Part shown: positions 17,480 to 19,354 of the stretch, piece by piece | Layout: every line of letters begins with the position of its first letter | How positions within the stretch are numbered: the stretch's first letter is position 1 | Source: a virus | Lineage: Duplodnaviria; Heunggongvirae; Uroviricota; Caudoviricetes | DNA length: 19,354 bases | Strand: one strand, 5' to 3' | IMG/VR virus record: IMGVR_UViG_2695420523_000020 | Made by a program: the position numbers and the translations under genes | The notes under the pieces: generated by a model | Told to the model about the DNA's origin: nothing | The model's input: the letters and a program-made list of their open reading frames with translations, nothing else | Databases searched by the model: none

Positions 17480-18030
17480 TTTACCCAACGAACACAGGAA
17501 AAAGCGGAGAGCACCTTCGTCTCACCACGCTGGAAAGTGTCTGGATTCAGGGGAAACTACGTATGTGGGGGCGCTGGTCGTATATTGGCGGCGGTAAGAC
17601 GGGAAATATGTTCAACCAGTTGCTGACCTCTAAAAAGCTGACAAAAACGGCAATTAACGAGGCGCTCCGGAGGATGAAAAAAGCAGGTCTGGACAAACCT
17701 AAACTTGAGGCTTTTTTGCGGGATATGATCAACGGCAAGCAAAAAAGCTGGCTGGTGCATTGTACCGATTCAGAGGCGTTAATAATCGACAGGGTTATTG
17801 GTGAAGTACTGGCAGGTTATCCCGGGCTGCTCAATGTTCTGAGTCAGCGTTATGTGGGGCGGGGGATGACTAAGCGCAAAATGGCTGAACTGCTGAATGA
17901 TGCACATCCGGAATGGAGTTTAAGAACCTGTGAAAGACGCATTGAGCATTGGCTAAAGGTGGCAGAATTTATTTTGTACAAACCAATGGTTATGGCTTTT
18001 GGTATAGAGAAAAAAGTTATTGCTTTTTGA
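17476..18030 (+). CDS. Putative late-gene antiterminator Q (184 aa)
   Basis: ATG at 17476 overlaps the upstream stop (ATGA), SD AAGGA. Last gene before a terminator and a tRNA cluster, the Q position in lambdoid and Stx phages. The W-G-x-W segment (LRMWGRWSYIGGG) resembles QuuD-type Q proteins as recalled. The track start at 17356 lies inside the upstream gene. Confidence 0.55.
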   Translation: MIYPTNTGKSGEHLRLTTLESVWIQGKLRMWGRWSYIGGGKTGNMFNQLLTSKKLTKTAINEALRRMKKAGLDKPKLEAFLRDMINGKQKSWLVHCTDSEALIIDRVIGEVLAGYPGLLNVLSQRYVGRGMTKRKMAELLNDAHPEWSLRTCERRIEHWLKVAEFILYKPMVMAFGIEKKVIAF

Positions 18031-18106
18031 CGTAAAAACTGCTTCAATTCCGGTAAGCTTCGCAAAGCTGTATCGCGAGGCGAACCAAACGCATGAACTT
18101 TACCAG

Positions 18107-18130
18107 AACCCGCCATTGAGCGGGTTTTTT
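18107..18130 (+). terminator. tR'-like rho-independent terminator downstream of Q
   Basis: aacccgc-cattga-gcgggtt hairpin followed by a T6 run (18125-18130). Confidence 0.6.
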
Positions 18131-18169
18131 ATTGCGGAATTAATTACGGACCGTTATTATTCTGCTCCC

Positions 18170-18245
18170 GGCCCTTTAGCTCAGTGGTGAGAGCGAGCGA
18201 CTCATAATCGCCAGGTCGCTGGTTCAAATCCAGCAAGGGCCACCA
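18170..18245 (+). tRNA. tRNA with CAU anticodon (Ile2 ileX/ileZ-like, or Met)
   Basis: 7-bp acceptor stem ggccctt/aagggcc, D-arm TAGCTCAGTGG, anticodon loop CTCATAA, T-loop GGTTCAAATCC, encoded CCA end. Close to E. coli ileX as recalled. Confidence 0.85.
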
Positions 18246-18345
18246 TCACAAACCGCCATTAGCTTATCAGGAAGAGCAGACGACACCATAACAGGGTTGT
18301 TGGTGCGGGGGCGGGTCCCCGATGGCGGTCCATTATCGGTATTCT

Positions 18346-18422
18346 GCGTTGTTAGCTCAGCCGGACAGAGCAATTGCCTTCTAAGCAATCGGTCAGTGGT
18401 TCGACTCCACTACAACGCGCCA
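18346..18422 (+). tRNA. tRNA-Arg (anticodon UCU, reads AGA)
   Basis: Acceptor stem gcgttgt/acaacgc, anticodon stem attgc/gcaat with loop CTTCTAA (UCU), T-arm agtggTTCGACTccact, encoded CCA. Confidence 0.85.
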
Positions 18423-18435
18423 CACTTATTTTCCA

Positions 18436-18459
18436 GGCTCGCTTCGGCGGGCCTTTTTT
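18436..18459 (+). terminator. Rho-independent terminator after the tRNA cluster
   Basis: ggctcgc-ttcg-gcgggcc hairpin (one G-U pair) followed by TTTTTT. Confidence 0.6.
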
Positions 18460-18591
18460 GTATCTGCGCCACGCCCGGCGCATATCAACCACAGAGCCTT
18501 TCGGGGGTGAGCTTACGGAGTGGTCAGTGTGACTTTCTCTGTGGGCAGATCGCTCCCGGGCGTTGGCTCACCCACCCAAAGGAACGTCACG

Positions 18592-19023
18592 ATGTTTGGA
18601 ATCTTCAAAAAGAAAACCCGCAGAGCGGCAGCGGAAATTAAAAAGTTTGAGAAACGCGATCTGGCACAGGCGGTGATTAACGCTGCATACCTGGTGGCCT
18701 ATGCAGATGGTGAATGCGAGGCATCCGAGAAAGCGAAGATCGAACAGGTCTTACGTAATCAGCCTGCGTTGTCTGCGTTTACCTCGGAAATTAATGCGAT
18801 TAGCGCAACTATTATCGGTCAGCTGGATACCAATTTTAAAATTGGTCGTCGTGCCGCGTTACGCGAGATTGAGGATGTGAAACACGATACGCGTGAAGCG
18901 GAAGATGTGCTGGATGTGGCGGTGGCCATTGCGGAGGCAGACGGCGAAATTGAGCCGGAAGAGCGCAAGGTGCTGGAAGAGATTGCCGGTGTTCTGGGTC
19001 TTCGTCTGGAGAATCACCTGTGA
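18592..19023 (+). CDS. TerB-like (tellurite-resistance TerB family) protein, 143 aa; cargo gene
   Basis: ATG at 18592 with SD AAAGGA (the track ORF starts further upstream at 18520). Acidic helical protein with DGE motifs (AYADGECEASEKAKI; AEADGEIEPEERKVLEEIAGVLGL) reminiscent of TerB-N domains; assignment from memory. Confidence 0.5.
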   Translation: MFGIFKKKTRRAAAEIKKFEKRDLAQAVINAAYLVAYADGECEASEKAKIEQVLRNQPALSAFTSEINAISATIIGQLDTNFKIGRRAALREIEDVKHDTREAEDVLDVAVAIAEADGEIEPEERKVLEEIAGVLGLRLENHL

Positions 19024-19187
19024 CGGTAAAACTGCGCCTGGCTGTGGCTGCACTCCTGCTGTTTCTGGTGGTGATGGTGGATTTCACCAGCAGAATCATG
19101 TCGGTGCTGGCGGATGGGGTGCTGGTCTGCGGCATTGTGGTATTGCTGTGGCCGGTGATAAAAAGAAACAGCCTGCATAATGCTTGA
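19020..19187 (+). CDS. Small hydrophobic membrane protein (55 aa)
   Basis: GTG start overlapping the TerB-like stop (GTGA). Translation VTVKLRLAVAALLLFLVVMVDFTSRIMSVLADGVLVCGIVVLLWPVIKRNSLHNA has two hydrophobic segments. Confidence 0.4.
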   Translation: MTVKLRLAVAALLLFLVVMVDFTSRIMSVLADGVLVCGIVVLLWPVIKRNSLHNA

Positions 19188-19324
19188 TTTTTTTGTTTGC
19201 TGTTTATTAAAAACACTTCTGCATGGTGAATCCCCCTGTGCGGAGGGGCGATCAGCAACCAGGTATATGGGATAATCGCGGATTCAGGTGCTGATACTGA
19301 ATTCACCGGGAGGCACCCGGCACC

Positions 19325-19354
19325 ATGCAAGAAAAAGAATGTGCATGCAAACAT
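19325..19354 (+). CDS. 5' end of an unidentified gene, truncated by the window edge
   Basis: SD GGGAGG 8 nt upstream of ATG 19325 (MQEKECACKH...). Only 10 codons are visible. Confidence 0.3.
   Translation, partial: MQEKECACKH

Larger units (their letters stand above)
415..19354. mobile_element. Lambdoid prophage with Rac-like left arm; left junction (attL) lies in 415-735, right end is beyond the window
   Basis: Contiguous phage modules in canonical order: int-xis, recET recombination, kil, immunity (repressor divergent from cro-like gene), replication, nin-type genes, Q, tRNAs. Integrase 3' end abuts a host gene with its own terminator. Confidence 0.85.

Noticed and set aside
18246-18345. 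Possible third tRNA between the two tRNAs
   Set aside because: No acceptor stem/T-loop cloverleaf could be built by eye; at most a degenerate remnant.
18297-18641. 114-aa plus-strand ORF spanning the tRNA-Arg gene
   Set aside because: Runs through a tRNA and a terminator; its 3' part is simply the upstream leader of the TerB-like gene read in another frame.
18836-19354. 172-aa minus-strand ORF
   Set aside because: Lies antisense to the SD-supported TerB-like and small membrane genes. Pro/Arg/Ser-rich, non-protein-like composition and no RBS.
1-19354. CRISPR array or retron
   Set aside because: No regularly spaced direct repeats with unique spacers, and no reverse transcriptase (no YxDD-containing ORF) anywhere in the window.

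Overview
The window is the left ~19 kb of a lambdoid prophage whose left arm is organised like E. coli Rac, starting just after a host gene for a small secreted protein (1-342). Left arm on the minus strand: int, xis, ydaC-like, ralR/lar, recT, recE, racC (frameshifted), ydaE, kilR, a Rha-family regulator, then ydaG/ydaF-like small genes. The immunity region is a racR-like repressor divergent from ydaS/ydaT. Rightward follow O-like and DnaC-like replication genes, a tightly coupled block of four accessory genes (including a minimal methyltransferase-like protein and an Ea22-like protein), an unknown 277-aa protein with two tiny hydrophobic peptides, a hok/sok-like type I toxin-antitoxin locus, DUF1367/DUF1364 nin-type genes, a putative Q antiterminator, two tRNAs (CAU and UCU anticodons) and a TerB-like cargo gene. 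All calls rest on reading the ORF translations, recalled family sequences and motifs by eye; no database search was run and protein matches are from memory. The most unusual things are a ~700 bp ORF-poor, highly structured region where Rac carries sieB, three perfect copies of a 19-bp palindrome around the O-like gene, and the unknown 277-aa/small-peptide module next to hok.
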